DNA of 64,000 bases from Microcoleus sp. (GCA_052279835.1 CP181291.1:5664001-5728000); one strand, 5' to 3'. Numbered from the stretch's first letter, positions 1 through 10,204 are shown. Numbers and translations: made by a program. The notes: generated by a model not told the origin, from the letters alone.

Positions 1-582
1 TTGTCCAAAATTGAAGCGGGGGGGATGAAACTGGAAATTGAGGAGTTTGACATCGCATCGCTGGTGGAGAAAGTGGCGAGTACCGCGCAACCTTTGGTAG
101 GGAAAAATGGTAATGTTTTGGAGATTGAGTGCGATCGAATTGCGGGTATTGTGCAGGCAGATTTAGGGAAATTGCGGCAAGTTTTGATGCACCTGCTGAG
201 TAATGCTGGTAAGTTCACCAAAAACGGCCTGGTGAAACTCAGTGTCAGTCGCATTGCAGGAAGTCGCCAATTGCATCTGGGAGAATCGGGTGTTGACAGT
301 GCGATCGCGATCGGTAAAACTGATGCTGGGGCGATCGAGTCGGATTGGATTTGTTTATCGGTTAAGGATACGGGAATTGGAATGTCGGAAGCACAACAGC
401 ACAAGTTATTTGAAGCTTTTGTGCAAGGGGATTCTTCGGTGTCGCGAGAGTACGGCGGCACTGGATTGGGGCTGACGATTAGTCGGTATTACTGTCAGAT
501 GATGGGTGGCGAGATTGTGGTGGAAAGTGAGGAGGGGAAAGGGTCTATCTTTACTGTGCGGATACCCGCGGGAAATGGATGA
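1..582 (+). CDS. Sensor histidine kinase, C-terminal HATPase_c part (5' end outside window)
   Basis: N box LLSNAGKFT, G1 box DTGIG, G2 box GGTGLGL, SEEGKGSIF. Confidence 0.93.
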   Translation: MSKIEAGGMKLEIEEFDIASLVEKVASTAQPLVGKNGNVLEIECDRIAGIVQADLGKLRQVLMHLLSNAGKFTKNGLVKLSVSRIAGSRQLHLGESGVDSAIAIGKTDAGAIESDWICLSVKDTGIGMSEAQQHKLFEAFVQGDSSVSREYGGTGLGLTISRYYCQMMGGEIVVESEEGKGSIFTVRIPAGNG

Positions 583-879
583 GGTGATTTTTGGGCGAAG
601 CATTTGGGCGACAATTGGGTTTGTTGCAAAGCTGTTGTTTTGCGTCCAAATGCTTTACTTTTTTCAGTGGGGGCGGGATATTTTATTTTTCCCAGATGTC
701 TATTTAATGCTGAATGATCTGAAAGAATTAGGTTATCAAAAGCTCGATCGCATTGAACGCGATCGACCTGCTGCGGTAAGTGCGATCGAGATTTTTGAGG
801 CTGCGCGAACTGTTAATACACCGATCGTAAGAGCTATGGACTACAATTAAAGATTAGAAATCAACTAAAAAACATCGCC

Positions 880-1432
880 ATGAGCGTAATTGCAGCTAAA
901 TGGTCGATCGCCCAATATCACCAAATGATATCTGCGGGCATCTTGGAAAATCAGCGCGTAGAGTTACTAAAAGGAGAAATTGTCGAAATGTCGCCCGAAG
1001 GGGAACCCCACGCCTATTTTAGCAGCGAAGCAGGAACATATCTAATCCGGCTGTTGGGCGATCGCGCTACAATCCGATCGGCAAAACCGATTACTCTTCC
1101 TAACAACTCGGAACCAGAACCAGATCTAGCGATCGTACAGCCCTTGGGGTCGTACATACCTCGAACATCACCCCTATCCAGAAAACATTTTTTGGGTGAT
1201 TGAATACTCTGATTCCACACTCGTCAAAGATGTAGAGACGAAAACCAAAATCTATGCTGAAGTCGGCATCCCCGAATACTGGGTAGTTAACCTCAAAAAG
1301 AGACAATTGGTCGTATTTCGAGATCCTCAAGATGGCGATTACGCTTCCAAATTCACGCTAACAGGTGGAAAAGTTAACCCGATCGCATTTCCAGATGTAA
1401 CTATATCCGTAAGTGCGATCGTCAGCAATTAA
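880..1432 (+). pseudogene. Uma2/DUF820 family endonuclease split by a 1-nt frameshift (pseudogene or sequencing error)
   Basis: ORFs 880-1203 and 1196-1432 carry the two halves (VELLKGEIVEMSP, EPEPDLAIV; IEYSDSTL, YAEVGIPEYWVVNL). Removing one G from GGGG at 1146-1149 restores QPLGRTYLEHHPYPENIFWVIEYSD. Confidence 0.85.
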
Positions 1433-1464
1433 AAATAGCAAGTGTTCGCAAAATTTAGACTCTA

Positions 1465-1620
1465 ATCCAAGAAACCGGGTTTCTACGAAAATTTACGAAT
1501 CCCGATCGGATTTGAGGAAGAAACCCGGTTTCTGAGCCTCGCACAACCATCCAAGAAACCGGGTTTCTGCGAGAATTTACGCATCATCACGAGATTTTAC
1601 AAAGAAACCCGGTTTCTGAG
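1465..1620. repeat. Two ~84-bp tandem units, each with a pair of AGAAACC(G/C)GGTTTCT palindromes (REP-like)
   Basis: Units start at 1465 and 1549. The same core occurs at ~7283-7310, ~17105, ~34940-35005, ~58926-58990 and ~60763-60827. Confidence 0.85.
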
Positions 1621-1645
1621 ATCCGCTGCCACTTATCAAATCCGA

Positions 1646-3562
1646 TTATTTTCCCACACCAGCAGGCTGCTGGCGGTTTCGCACTTCCAGAAAAATCAAC
1701 AAAGCATTAACATCAGCCGGATTCACCCCACCAATTCTCGATGCTTGACCAATAGTCAACGGCCGGATTCTGGTCAACTTTTCCCGCGACTCCTTCGAGA
1801 GAGTTCCAATTGCCATATAATCCAAATCCGCAGGCAATTGTCGGCGTTCGTGTCTTACGATTTCATCAATTTGATTTTGCTGTTTTTGCAGATAGCCAGA
1901 ATATTTGATGTCAATTTCCGCACCCTCTTTCTCAGCCAACTTCAGACTAGAATCGCCTAAATTGTACCGTTCCAAATCCACATAATGAAAACCCGGACGG
2001 CGCAACAAATCAGCCAGAGTAATCGAACCCTTAATCGCTTGTTGAGTCTCAGCAAAAATCTGCTGACCCAGTTCCTCGTGTTCCTTCACCCGCGTCGCAT
2101 ACAAGCGCTTCTTCTCCGCTACAATATTAGCTTGTTTCCGCTCAAACAACTCCCAACGTCGATCGCCAATCAAGCCAATTTCCCGACCTAGCGGAGTCAA
2201 GCGTTGGTCAGCATTATCCGATCGCAACAATAACCGATATTCCGATCGCGAAGTCAACATCCGATAAGGTTCCCGCAAATCCTTCGTACACAAATCATCA
2301 ATCAAAGTCCCGATATAACTTTGCTCGCGCGCAAACACAATCATCTCCTGATTTTTCGCAAATCTAGCCGCATTAATCCCCGCCACAATCCCCTGGGCGG
2401 CCGCCTCCTCGTAGCCCGTCGTACCGTTCACCTGACCCGCGCAAAACAGCCCTTCAATCTTCTTAGTCATCAACGTTGGGAAACACTGAGTAGCAGGCAA
2501 ATAATCATACTCCACAGCATAAGCTGGGCGCATCATCTCGCACTTTTCCAAACCAGGAAGAGTCCGCAGCATTTGCAATTGCAAAGTTTCCGGTAAACCC
2601 GTCGAAAAACCTTGGATATAAAGTTCAGGAATATCCCTACCTTCCGGCTCAATAAAAATCTGGTGACTTTCCTTATCTGCAAACCGAACAATCTTATCTT
2701 CAATACTCGGACAATAGCGCGGCCCCTTCGCATCCACCCAACCGCCGTAGACTGGAGAAAGGTGCAAATTGTCTCTAATTAACTTGTGAGTTTCCGGCGT
2801 AGTTCGAGTTAGGTAACAAGGCATTTGTTCCCGTTCCACCCAAACTTCTGGATCGAAACTAAACCAGCGCACATCGGCATCTCCGGGTTGCGGTTCCAGG
2901 TTGGTATAATCAAGAGTCCGCTTGTCAACTCTTGCCGGAGTTCCAGTCTTCAACCTGCCAGTTTCAAAGCCCAAGCGATTGAGAGTTTCCGTCAAACCAA
3001 CGGCGGCAAATTCTCCGGCGCGTCCGGCCGGCATCGATTTATTACCCACCCAAATTGTGCCGCCTAAAAAAGTGCCCGTAGTCAGAATTACGGCTTTGCA
3101 CTCAAAGGCGACACCGAAGTAGGTTTCGACTCCGATTACTTCTTCGTTTTTGCCCAAAACTAAGTCTGTTACCATCGCTTCGCGGATGGTCAAATTCTCT
3201 TGATTTTCGACAATATTGTTCATCACAGCGGCGTATTCCCGCTTGTCTGTTTGTGCTCGCAGTGCCCACACAGCGGGGCCTCGCGAAGAGTTGAGGATGC
3301 GTTTTTGTAGATAAGTGCGATCGGCCATTTTGCCAATTTCACCACCTAACGCATCCACTTCGTTAGTCAGTTGAGTTTTAGCCGGGCCGCCGACAGCGGG
3401 ATTGCATGGTTGCCATGCTATTTTATCGAGGTTGAGGGTGAGTAAAAGAGTGCGACAACCGAGGCGAGAAGTGGCGAGGGCGGCTTCGCAGCCGGAGTGT
3501 CCGCCACCTACTACGATGATGTCGAAACTGTCTTGAAATTGTACTGGGGTTTGTGCAGTCAT
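1646..3562 (-). CDS. mnmG: tRNA uridine-5-carboxymethylaminomethyl(34) synthesis enzyme MnmG/GidA
   Basis: [13 protein letters not shown] motif, [49 protein letters not shown] at 3562 chosen as start. Confidence 0.97.
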   Translation of the reverse strand: MTAQTPVQFQDSFDIIVVGGGHSGCEAALATSRLGCRTLLLTLNLDKIAWQPCNPAVGGPAKTQLTNEVDALGGEIGKMADRTYLQKRILNSSRGPAVWALRAQTDKREYAAVMNNIVENQENLTIREAMVTDLVLGKNEEVIGVETYFGVAFECKAVILTTGTFLGGTIWVGNKSMPAGRAGEFAAVGLTETLNRLGFETGRLKTGTPARVDKRTLDYTNLEPQPGDADVRWFSFDPEVWVEREQMPCYLTRTTPETHKLIRDNLHLSPVYGGWVDAKGPRYCPSIEDKIVRFADKESHQIFIEPEGRDIPELYIQGFSTGLPETLQLQMLRTLPGLEKCEMMRPAYAVEYDYLPATQCFPTLMTKKIEGLFCAGQVNGTTGYEEAAAQGIVAGINAARFAKNQEMIVFAREQSYIGTLIDDLCTKDLREPYRMLTSRSEYRLLLRSDNADQRLTPLGREIGLIGDRRWELFERKQANIVAEKKRLYATRVKEHEELGQQIFAETQQAIKGSITLADLLRRPGFHYVDLERYNLGDSSLKLAEKEGAEIDIKYSGYLQKQQNQIDEIVRHERRQLPADLDYMAIGTLSKESREKLTRIRPLTIGQASRIGGVNPADVNALLIFLEVRNRQQPAGVGK

Positions 3563-3686
3563 GGCTGAGTCAGGGGAAGCGCAGGCGACAAACAAGGTTT
3601 TAGTCTTGTCTTTATTCTAGTATAAGTTAAAAGCTACAAAACACTTGTAAGATAATGCTCATGTCAAAAAGTTACCATAAGACAAG

Positions 3687-4430
3687 ATGACGATTCTATT
3701 TTACGTTGATGAGGGTGGCACTGGGTGGAATGATATGGAGACAAATTTCTTTTTTTTAGCTAGCTTTGCTATTCATGTCCAGCACTGGTCACAAATGGAT
3801 AGAGAAGTTTCAGCACTTAAAAAGGAACTATTTAGTGGGAAGGAACCTGAAGACTGGGAACTTAAGGGACGCGATATTTGGCAAGGTGTGGGGTCATTTA
3901 AGAATTTTGCAAGGGAATTCCGTCTTCGAGCGTTCAAGGAAGTTTCAAAAACTATGAGTCAGTTACCTTGCCATATATTCGCTGTTCAAGTCAACAAAAA
4001 AAGATTGCGCGAGACCAGCGAAGATATTAAAGATGAAACTGGTTTGTATCGCTTAAGTTTCAATCAATTATTAGAGCAGCTAGATGCTTATCTAAAGCAA
4101 TCTAACGAAACTGGAATATTACTTCTGGATTCGCGCTCAACTCAGCATACCAGTATTCAGGATGGGAGATTGCTCAGAGTATATCGAGATTGGAATTCAC
4201 AAAAAAAATCTTCTAACTTTGTGGAACTACCTTTGTTTGGCTTCTCAGAATTTTACACTGGTTTGCAGTTAGCAGATTATGTGGTGTACTTGATCGATCG
4301 TAACTCAAAGGAAGCAGGGACAGCCAGTGGTAATACCGAATTGAAGGAAGCATTCAATCTACTTGAGCCGAAAATGCAGTTATTGAAAATTCCTGTTATC
4401 CCGCATAAAATTAACTTTGAATACCGCTAA
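3687..4430 (+). CDS. DUF3800 domain protein
   Basis: N-terminal FYVDEGG (family DESG motif), central ELKG, LLLD, C-terminal GLQLADY (QxAD motif). Confidence 0.85.
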   Translation: MTILFYVDEGGTGWNDMETNFFFLASFAIHVQHWSQMDREVSALKKELFSGKEPEDWELKGRDIWQGVGSFKNFAREFRLRAFKEVSKTMSQLPCHIFAVQVNKKRLRETSEDIKDETGLYRLSFNQLLEQLDAYLKQSNETGILLLDSRSTQHTSIQDGRLLRVYRDWNSQKKSSNFVELPLFGFSEFYTGLQLADYVVYLIDRNSKEAGTASGNTELKEAFNLLEPKMQLLKIPVIPHKINFEYR

Positions 4431-4452
4431 AATGAAGGTAAGTTTAAATGCG

Positions 4453-4479
4453 AATCCACGACTATAATAGTCGTGGATT
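4453..4479. terminator. Perfect 13-bp inverted repeat between the DUF3800 gene and the convergent repeat array
   Basis: AATCCACGACTAT-A-ATAGTCGTGGATT. Could be a terminator or a REP-like palindrome. Confidence 0.5.
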
Positions 4480-4594
4480 TCGCCATTATTGAGAGATTAA
4501 GCCTCTTTTAAAAGGGGATTAAAATCACTCTCTACGCCTTGGCGAGGCGTTATTTTGGTAGCGATGGTTTGTTTCATCAAAGTATGTTTCAGGT

Positions 4595-4777
4595 TGACAG
4601 GCGCACGGTATCTCAACCGTACCATAACTCCCCGTGCAGTTCGGGGCACCTTGTCTCTGACAGGCGCACGGTATCTCAACCGTACCATACCTCCCCGTGC
4701 AGTTCGGGGCACCTTGTCTCTGACAGGCGCACGGTATTTCACCCGCACCATACCTCCCCGTGCAGTTCGGGGCACCT
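4595..4777 (-). ncRNA. Tandem array of ~2.9 x 63-bp structured units; candidate DUF3800-associated ncRNA
   Basis: Units start at 4595, 4658 and 4721. On the minus strand each folds as outer stem CAGGUGC/GCGCCUG (one bulged A in two units), hairpin CCCG-AACUGCA-CGGG and hairpin GGUAU...AUACC. The repeat is certain; RNA expression is inferred. Confidence 0.65.
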
Positions 4778-4791
4778 GTTCATTTAATATC

Positions 4792-4821
4792 ATTATATAT
4801 TATAGTAAAAGATTTGGTCAA
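4792..4821 (-). promoter_or_regulatory. Sigma70-type promoter pointing into the 63-bp array
   Basis: Minus strand TTGACC-18 nt-TATAAT, ending ~12 nt before the first unit. Confidence 0.65.
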
Positions 4822-4918
4822 ATATCGAACGGTCATAATTGGGGTATATTAACCGAGAGCGAAATGATGCGATCGACTGCAAACGACCAAAGAGGCAAAA
4901 TTACCGCAACCCTAACCG

Positions 4919-5071
4919 TTATGAACCGCTTAAAATCGATGTACGGTAAGTCCCTATCCCTAAGTGTTTCAATGTCATTTCTTCAGCCATTAATTCAACA
5001 GATCGCTTTTCGACAATTGCTCGTGGTTCGGGAGGCAAATTCTCCATAATAGTCTTCAGGCTAATTGTCAT
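4919..5071 (-). pseudogene. Truncated XRE/HigA-like antitoxin remnant (N-terminus only)
   Basis: MTISLKTIMENLPPEPRAIVEKRSVELMAEEMTLKHL resembles the N-terminus of XRE antitoxins (LPPERRAxIExRAxELIAEEMTLxxLR); the HTH is missing. Confidence 0.55.
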
Positions 5072-5175
5072 CTTCTCTCCTCTTCCTTCGTGACATAAGC
5101 GTCTTCGCGGTTCAACAATTCCGTACAGTGGCAATTTTGCGCTATGTTAGACAACAAAATCTCAAGCGTACACAA

Positions 5176-5505
5176 GTGAAATATTTCTTCTTATCCGACG
5201 GTTGGACGATCGGGCGCGTCTGGGGAGTAGGTGGTTTGTGGACAGATGCCGGCTGGAGACGCCAACCAGACATTACACAACTTAACGTTTGCCTCTGGGA
5301 CCAAAAGGAAAAAATGTGGCTCTACCGCGTAGAAGATGCCGTACTCATGGTAGAGGTTAAACCGACAGTCCCCCCAGACAATACCGATCCCGCCAAAAAT
5401 ATCGGCAGTGTCGTACTGACCAGACTCATCGATGCCGAGCAAGTAATCGATCGCCTTGGGACTATTTCCGCCCACTGTCAAATCGGCAACCCTCAACTAA
5501 TGTGA
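5176..5505 (+). CDS. Conserved cyanobacterial hypothetical protein
   Basis: GTG start, (M)KYFFLSDGWTIGRVW...WLYRVEDAVLMVEVKP; protein-like composition. Confidence 0.7.
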   Translation: MKYFFLSDGWTIGRVWGVGGLWTDAGWRRQPDITQLNVCLWDQKEKMWLYRVEDAVLMVEVKPTVPPDNTDPAKNIGSVVLTRLIDAEQVIDRLGTISAHCQIGNPQLM

Positions 5506-5702
5506 GTCCGACATATTGCAATCGGTTCTAAGACTCGATACACTTCGTTAAATAACTTTCATTTTTACGCCTCCATTCTCGAAGGCAGAAAGCAGAAGGC
5601 AAAAAGCAGGATTTAAAACCCGCAGGTAACTGCAAAGGAATTAAAATCTGATTTTTGATTCAAAATAGACATCATCACTTACACCTTGGAGCAACGCAGT
5701 CA

Positions 5703-7232
5703 ATGGGATTACCCTGGTATCGCGTACACACAGTCGTCTTAAATGACCCAGGCCGATTGATTTCTGTACACTTAATGCACACAGCCCTCGTGGCAGGCTG
5801 GGCCGGCTCAATGGCCCTTTACGAATTAGCAGTTTTCGATCCCACAGACCCAGTTCTCAACCCCATGTGGCGTCAAGGGATGTTCGTGCTACCCTTTATG
5901 ACTCGTTTAGGAGTCACCGGTTCTTGGGGTGGTTGGAGCATTACGGGTGAAGGTAACGTCGATCCGGGCTACTGGTCCTTTGAAGGCGTCGCCGCTGCCC
6001 ACATCGTCCTCTCTGGCTTGCTGTTTTTAGCAGCAGTCTGGCACTGGGTATTTTGGGACTTGGAACTGTTCAGAGACCCCCGCACTGGCGAACCCGCCCT
6101 CGATTTGCCAAAAATGTTTGGCATTCACTTGTTCCTCTCTGGCTTACTTTGTTTCGGCTTTGGTGCTTTTCACCTGTCTGGACTCTTCGGACCTGGAATG
6201 TGGGTTTCTGACCCCTACGGTCTGACCGGTCACGTCCAACCAGTGGCTCCTGCCTGGGGCCCTGAAGGCTTCGATCCGTTCAATCCAGGTGGCATCGTGG
6301 CTCACCACATTGCAGCGGGTGTAGTCGGCGTGATTGCTGGTTTGTTCCACTTGACCGTGCGCCCACCGGAACGGCTTTACAAAGCTCTGCGGATGGGGAA
6401 TATCGAAACTGTGCTTTCTAGCAGTATCGCTGCTGTGTTCTTTGCAGCTTTTGTGGTGGCTGGTACCATGTGGTACGGTTCGGCTGCTACTCCGATCGAA
6501 CTTTTTGGCCCGACTCGCTATCAGTGGGATGGTGGCTATTTCCAACAAGAAATCGATCGCCGAGCCCAAGCTAGTTTAGCCGGTGGCGCTAGTTTCCAAG
6601 AAGCTTACGAGCAAATTCCTGAAAAATTGGCTTTCTACGACTACGTGGGCAACTCTCCTGCTAAAGGTGGTTTGTTCCGCGCCGGCGCGATGGTTAATGG
6701 CGACGGTATTGCTAAATCTTGGCTGGGCCATCCAGTATTTAAAGACAGCGAAGGTCGGGTATTGTCGGTTCGCCGTCTCCCGAATTTCTTTGAAACTTTC
6801 CCTGTGATTTTGACGGACAAAGATGGCATCGTTCGCGCTGACATTCCCTTCCGTCGTGCTGAATCTAAATACAGCTTTGAACAAAGTGGAGTTACTGTCA
6901 CTTTCTACGGTGGCGAATATAACGGTCAAACCTTTACCAGTCCTTTGGATGTTAAGAAGTTTGCTCGCGCCGCCCAAAAGGGTGAAGTATTTGAATTCGA
7001 TCGCGAAACTTTGAAGTCTGACGGGGTTTTCCGTACTTCTACTCGTGGTTGGTTCACTTTTGGACACGCTTGCTTTGCTTTGCTGTTCTTCTTCGGCCAC
7101 ATTTGGCACGGTTCTCGGACAATCTTCCGCGACGTGTTTGCTGGAGTTGAAGCTGACATGGAAGAACAAGTCGAATGGGGCTTGTTCCAAAAGTTGGGCG
7201 ACGTCACCACCAGAAGAGAAGAATCTATCTAG
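5703..7232 (+). CDS. psbB: Photosystem II CP47 reaction center protein
   Basis: [37 protein letters not shown]...; 509 aa. Confidence 0.99.
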   Translation: MGLPWYRVHTVVLNDPGRLISVHLMHTALVAGWAGSMALYELAVFDPTDPVLNPMWRQGMFVLPFMTRLGVTGSWGGWSITGEGNVDPGYWSFEGVAAAHIVLSGLLFLAAVWHWVFWDLELFRDPRTGEPALDLPKMFGIHLFLSGLLCFGFGAFHLSGLFGPGMWVSDPYGLTGHVQPVAPAWGPEGFDPFNPGGIVAHHIAAGVVGVIAGLFHLTVRPPERLYKALRMGNIETVLSSSIAAVFFAAFVVAGTMWYGSAATPIELFGPTRYQWDGGYFQQEIDRRAQASLAGGASFQEAYEQIPEKLAFYDYVGNSPAKGGLFRAGAMVNGDGIAKSWLGHPVFKDSEGRVLSVRRLPNFFETFPVILTDKDGIVRADIPFRRAESKYSFEQSGVTVTFYGGEYNGQTFTSPLDVKKFARAAQKGEVFEFDRETLKSDGVFRTSTRGWFTFGHACFALLFFFGHIWHGSRTIFRDVFAGVEADMEEQVEWGLFQKLGDVTTRREESI

Positions 7233-7282
7233 GTTCCTCCTACCATCATCGCGCATCGGGAATTTTTGCCGATGCTGCAAGC

Positions 7283-7312
7283 ACCCGGTTTCTTTGAGAA
7301 ACCGGGTTTTTT
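7283..7312 (+). terminator. Hairpin plus T-tract after psbB, built from the AGAAACCGGGT repeat
   Basis: ACCCGGTTTCT-TTG-AGAAACCGGGT followed by TTTTT. Confidence 0.6.
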
Positions 7313-7489
7313 GAGTTAATTAAGGCACTAAAACAAGAATTCTGGATGGGTAGGTAGCCCCCACAGGGCAACCACAGGGGGATTGCCCCTACCGAAAATC
7401 AAACCGATTCCTGGGGAAATATCTGTCAAATCAGAAAGCAACAATTGAGATAAAATAATACCAAAAGGGAAGAGAAGGAAACTTTAAAC

Positions 7490-7585
7490 ATGGAAAGCGT
7501 TGCTTACATTTTGATTCTGGCTTTGGCATTAGGTGTACTATTTTTTGCGATCGCCTTCCGGGAACCTCCTCGGATTGGCAAATAA
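7490..7585 (+). CDS. psbT: Photosystem II reaction center protein T (not in the ORF track)
   Basis: Manual translation [31 protein letters not shown]; canonical position after psbB. Confidence 0.97.
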   Translation: MESVAYILILALALGVLFFAIAFREPPRIGK

Positions 7586-7678
7586 GCCGATCGATATTTC
7601 TAGTCCAGCAATTCATCTGATCCGTACAGGGTCAGATGAATTGCAATTTTCTGGCAACGCCTGTAAAACTCAGCAATC

Positions 7679-8236
7679 ATGCGCTGTTCCTCCTGTCAAC
7701 ACACCAATAGTCGCGTTCTGGAATCGCGCTCAGCCGAATCGGGTCAAAGTATTCGGCGGCGGCGCGAGTGTCTCAATTGCCAGCATCGGTTCACAACTTA
7801 CGAACGCATCGAATTTGTGCCGATTACAGTAATTAAACGGGATGGTAAACGCGAATCTTTCGATCGCTCAAAGTTAGTCCGGGGACTGGTTCGGGCCTGT
7901 GAAAAAACCGGTTTGTCTTCCGGGCAACTAGAAACTCTGGCAGAAGAAATTGAAGCCCAACTCCAAGCTCGATCGCTCCGGGAAGTCACTAGCTCGGACA
8001 TTGGAGAATTAGTATTATTACATCTGCGGCCGCTGAGCGAAGTTGCTTATGTCCGTTTTGCCTCCGTATATCGGCAGTTTCGAGGCATCCGAGATTTTGT
8101 AGATACCCTAAATCACCTTCAGAGTCCCCTCATCGAAGCTTTGTGTCCAGAAAGTCCGTCCGAAAATGACCCAGATTTGTCGGAAGTGGATGATATCAAT
8201 TCCGGTAGCATCGGAATTATTAGTAGCCGAAATTAG
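7679..8236 (+). CDS. nrdR: Transcriptional repressor NrdR
   Basis: Zn ribbon CxxC...[21 protein letters not shown] cone, [10 protein letters not shown]. Confidence 0.97.
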   Translation: MRCSSCQHTNSRVLESRSAESGQSIRRRRECLNCQHRFTTYERIEFVPITVIKRDGKRESFDRSKLVRGLVRACEKTGLSSGQLETLAEEIEAQLQARSLREVTSSDIGELVLLHLRPLSEVAYVRFASVYRQFRGIRDFVDTLNHLQSPLIEALCPESPSENDPDLSEVDDINSGSIGIISSRN

Positions 8237-8276
8237 GAGACGGCAGTGCCGTGTCCCTACCCTAAAATTATCTGAG

Positions 8277-8544
8277 GACACGGCAATGCCCATTAGTGTC
8301 AACTTAAGCTGCCAGTCCGCCAAGTCCTTTAGTGGGCCCGCGAGTCCGACAGGGAATGAATTCCCTGTCTCAAAGCGCAAGTCCTCTCAAGAGGACTCAA
8401 GAGAAGAATTTTCAACTCATTAGTCCTCTTTGAGAGGACTGTCTTCTATTAGACAGGGGTTTCAACCCCTGTCGGACTGGCGGGATGACGGGCGGACTTG
8501 GCAGGCCCACAGCTTAAGTTGACACCAATGGGCACTGCCGTGTC
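8277..8544. mobile_element. Nested palindromic MITE/REPIN-like element
   Basis: 35-bp imperfect terminal inverted repeats (GACACGGCAATGCCCATTAGTGTCAACTTAAGCTG at 8277-8311, complement at 8510-8544) enclosing further paired palindromes. Confidence 0.75.
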
Positions 8545-8810
8545 GTGGTCTAAATTAATTTGAAAGCAGTAGGCGGGTAAGTTATAATTGTCTACTGGAC
8601 TCTGAATGTTAAAAATCAAACGCTTTAACATAGAGTTGAAATTAAGAGCAATGGCAAGCGCCTGTGTGCGGTTGCACCGGGCAAAAGTTGGCAAAAACTG
8701 ACTTTCGTAAAAGATTTTGCAAAAAGTTAACTCCTTTTTTACCAAAATCTCTAATATCTGCCTGCACAAACGAAAAACATGAAGGAGAGAAATCCTAGGA
8801 AATTATTCGC

Positions 8811-9896
8811 ATGGTCAATCTCAAAACCACTGTCAAAGATATCGGCTTTACTCACGAGGATTTTGCGGCCCTACTTGATAAATATGACTATCACTTTAGC
8901 CCTGGCGATGTAGTAGCGGGTACAGTTTTTAGTATAGAACCGAGGGGTGCTCTGATTGATATCGGTGCTAAAACAGCAGCGTACATTCCGATTCAGGAAA
9001 TGTCGATCAATCGAGTCGAAAGCCCTGAAGAGGTATTGCAATCAAACGAAACCAGAGAATTTTTCATCCTCACCGATGAAAATGAAGACGGGCAATTAAC
9101 CCTGTCTATCCGACGCATTGAGTATATGCGGGCCTGGGAAAGAGTTCGACAACTGCAAGCAGAAGATGCCACAGTGCGATCGCAAGTTTTTGCCACTAAC
9201 CGTGGTGGTGCACTGGTGAGAATAGAAGGGTTGCGAGGCTTCATTCCCGGTTCTCACATCAGCACCCGCAAACCAAAAGAAGAATTAGTTGCTGAAGAAT
9301 TGCCATTAAAATTCTTAGAGGTAGACGAAGACCGTAACCGCTTAGTCTTAAGCCACCGTCGCGCCTTAGTGGAACGCAAGATGAACCGCCTCGAAGTTGG
9401 AGAAGTGGTCATCGGTACTGTGCGTGGTATCAAGCCCTACGGTGCTTTTATCGACATCGGCGGAGTCAGTGGCTTGTTGCACATCTCCGAAATTTCGCAC
9501 GATCACATCGATACGCCTCATAGCGTGTTTAATGTCAACGACGAAGTGAAAGTGATGATTATTGACTTGGATGCTGAGAGAGGTCGGATTTCTCTCTCCA
9601 CCAAGCAATTGGAACCGGAACCAGGAGCGATGGTCAAAAATCGTGAATTGGTATACGAAAAAGCTGAAGAAATGGCAGCTAAGTTCCGTGAAAAAATGCT
9701 AGCTCAAAAACAAGCTAAAGCTAGTATGGAAATTCCTGTAGATGCGATCGATTCTGATGAACTCTCCGATGAAATACTCGAAGACATCCCATCAGCAATG
9801 GAAGAAGATTTGCCGGAAGAAATACCCGCAGCAGTAACGGAAGTAACACCGGAAGCCACATTAGAGGTAGAAACACCTCCGGCGACTGTAGAATAA
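8811..9896 (+). CDS. rpsA: 30S ribosomal protein S1
   Basis: Three S1 domains, FAALLDKYDYHFSPGD, acidic tail. Confidence 0.96.
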   Translation: MVNLKTTVKDIGFTHEDFAALLDKYDYHFSPGDVVAGTVFSIEPRGALIDIGAKTAAYIPIQEMSINRVESPEEVLQSNETREFFILTDENEDGQLTLSIRRIEYMRAWERVRQLQAEDATVRSQVFATNRGGALVRIEGLRGFIPGSHISTRKPKEELVAEELPLKFLEVDEDRNRLVLSHRRALVERKMNRLEVGEVVIGTVRGIKPYGAFIDIGGVSGLLHISEISHDHIDTPHSVFNVNDEVKVMIIDLDAERGRISLSTKQLEPEPGAMVKNRELVYEKAEEMAAKFREKMLAQKQAKASMEIPVDAIDSDELSDEILEDIPSAMEEDLPEEIPAAVTEVTPEATLEVETPPATVE

Positions 9897-9913
9897 ATCC
9901 CAGTCACTGTTAT

Positions 9914-9944
9914 AAAAAAAGAGGGGAATCCCCTCTTTTTTTTT
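9914..9944. terminator. Rho-independent terminator after rpsA (bidirectional form)
   Basis: A7-GAGGGG-AAT-CCCCTC-T-tract. Confidence 0.85.
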
Positions 9945-9948
9945 AGTT

Positions 9949-10052
9949 ATATCGTTTCCGGTTAGATCGGAATGATTTAACCGCAGAGAACACAGAGGAC
10001 ACAGAGGGAGAGAGTAGATCTGAATAATTCAGATGCTACCGGATTTGATATT
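9949..10052. mobile_element. ~105-bp dispersed MITE-like element with an ACCGCAGAG core
   Basis: TATCGTTTCCGGT...AACCGCAGAGAACACAGAGGACACAGAG...GATGCTACCGGATTTGATA; a diverged reverse copy lies at ~37322-37432. Confidence 0.6.
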
Positions 10053-10204
10053 ATATTTAACCAAGTTTGAATATATCGATCGCTCTTGTTGTTAGGAAAG
10101 CGATGGATTGATGAAAGCACGCCTAACCAAAGTCGATCGGAAAATTGGAATTCTGGTAGGATTGTTAACTTCAAACTACCAACTGAGATACCAAATAACT
10201 AAGA

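Noticed and set aside
4595..4777. CRISPR array
   Set aside because: Units are near-identical over their whole 63 bp, with no unique spacers and no cas genes in the window.
4497..5049. ORFs 4497-4793, 4539-4787 and 4555-5049 as proteins
   Set aside because: The frames are open because the repeat period is a multiple of three and the unit is GC-rich; the translations are not recognisable. A minus-strand peptide cannot be fully excluded.
6144..7314. Long antisense or alternative-frame ORFs over psbB (also over prk, valS and spoIID)
   Set aside because: These are shadow ORFs caused by codon bias of the real genes and carry no recognisable motifs.
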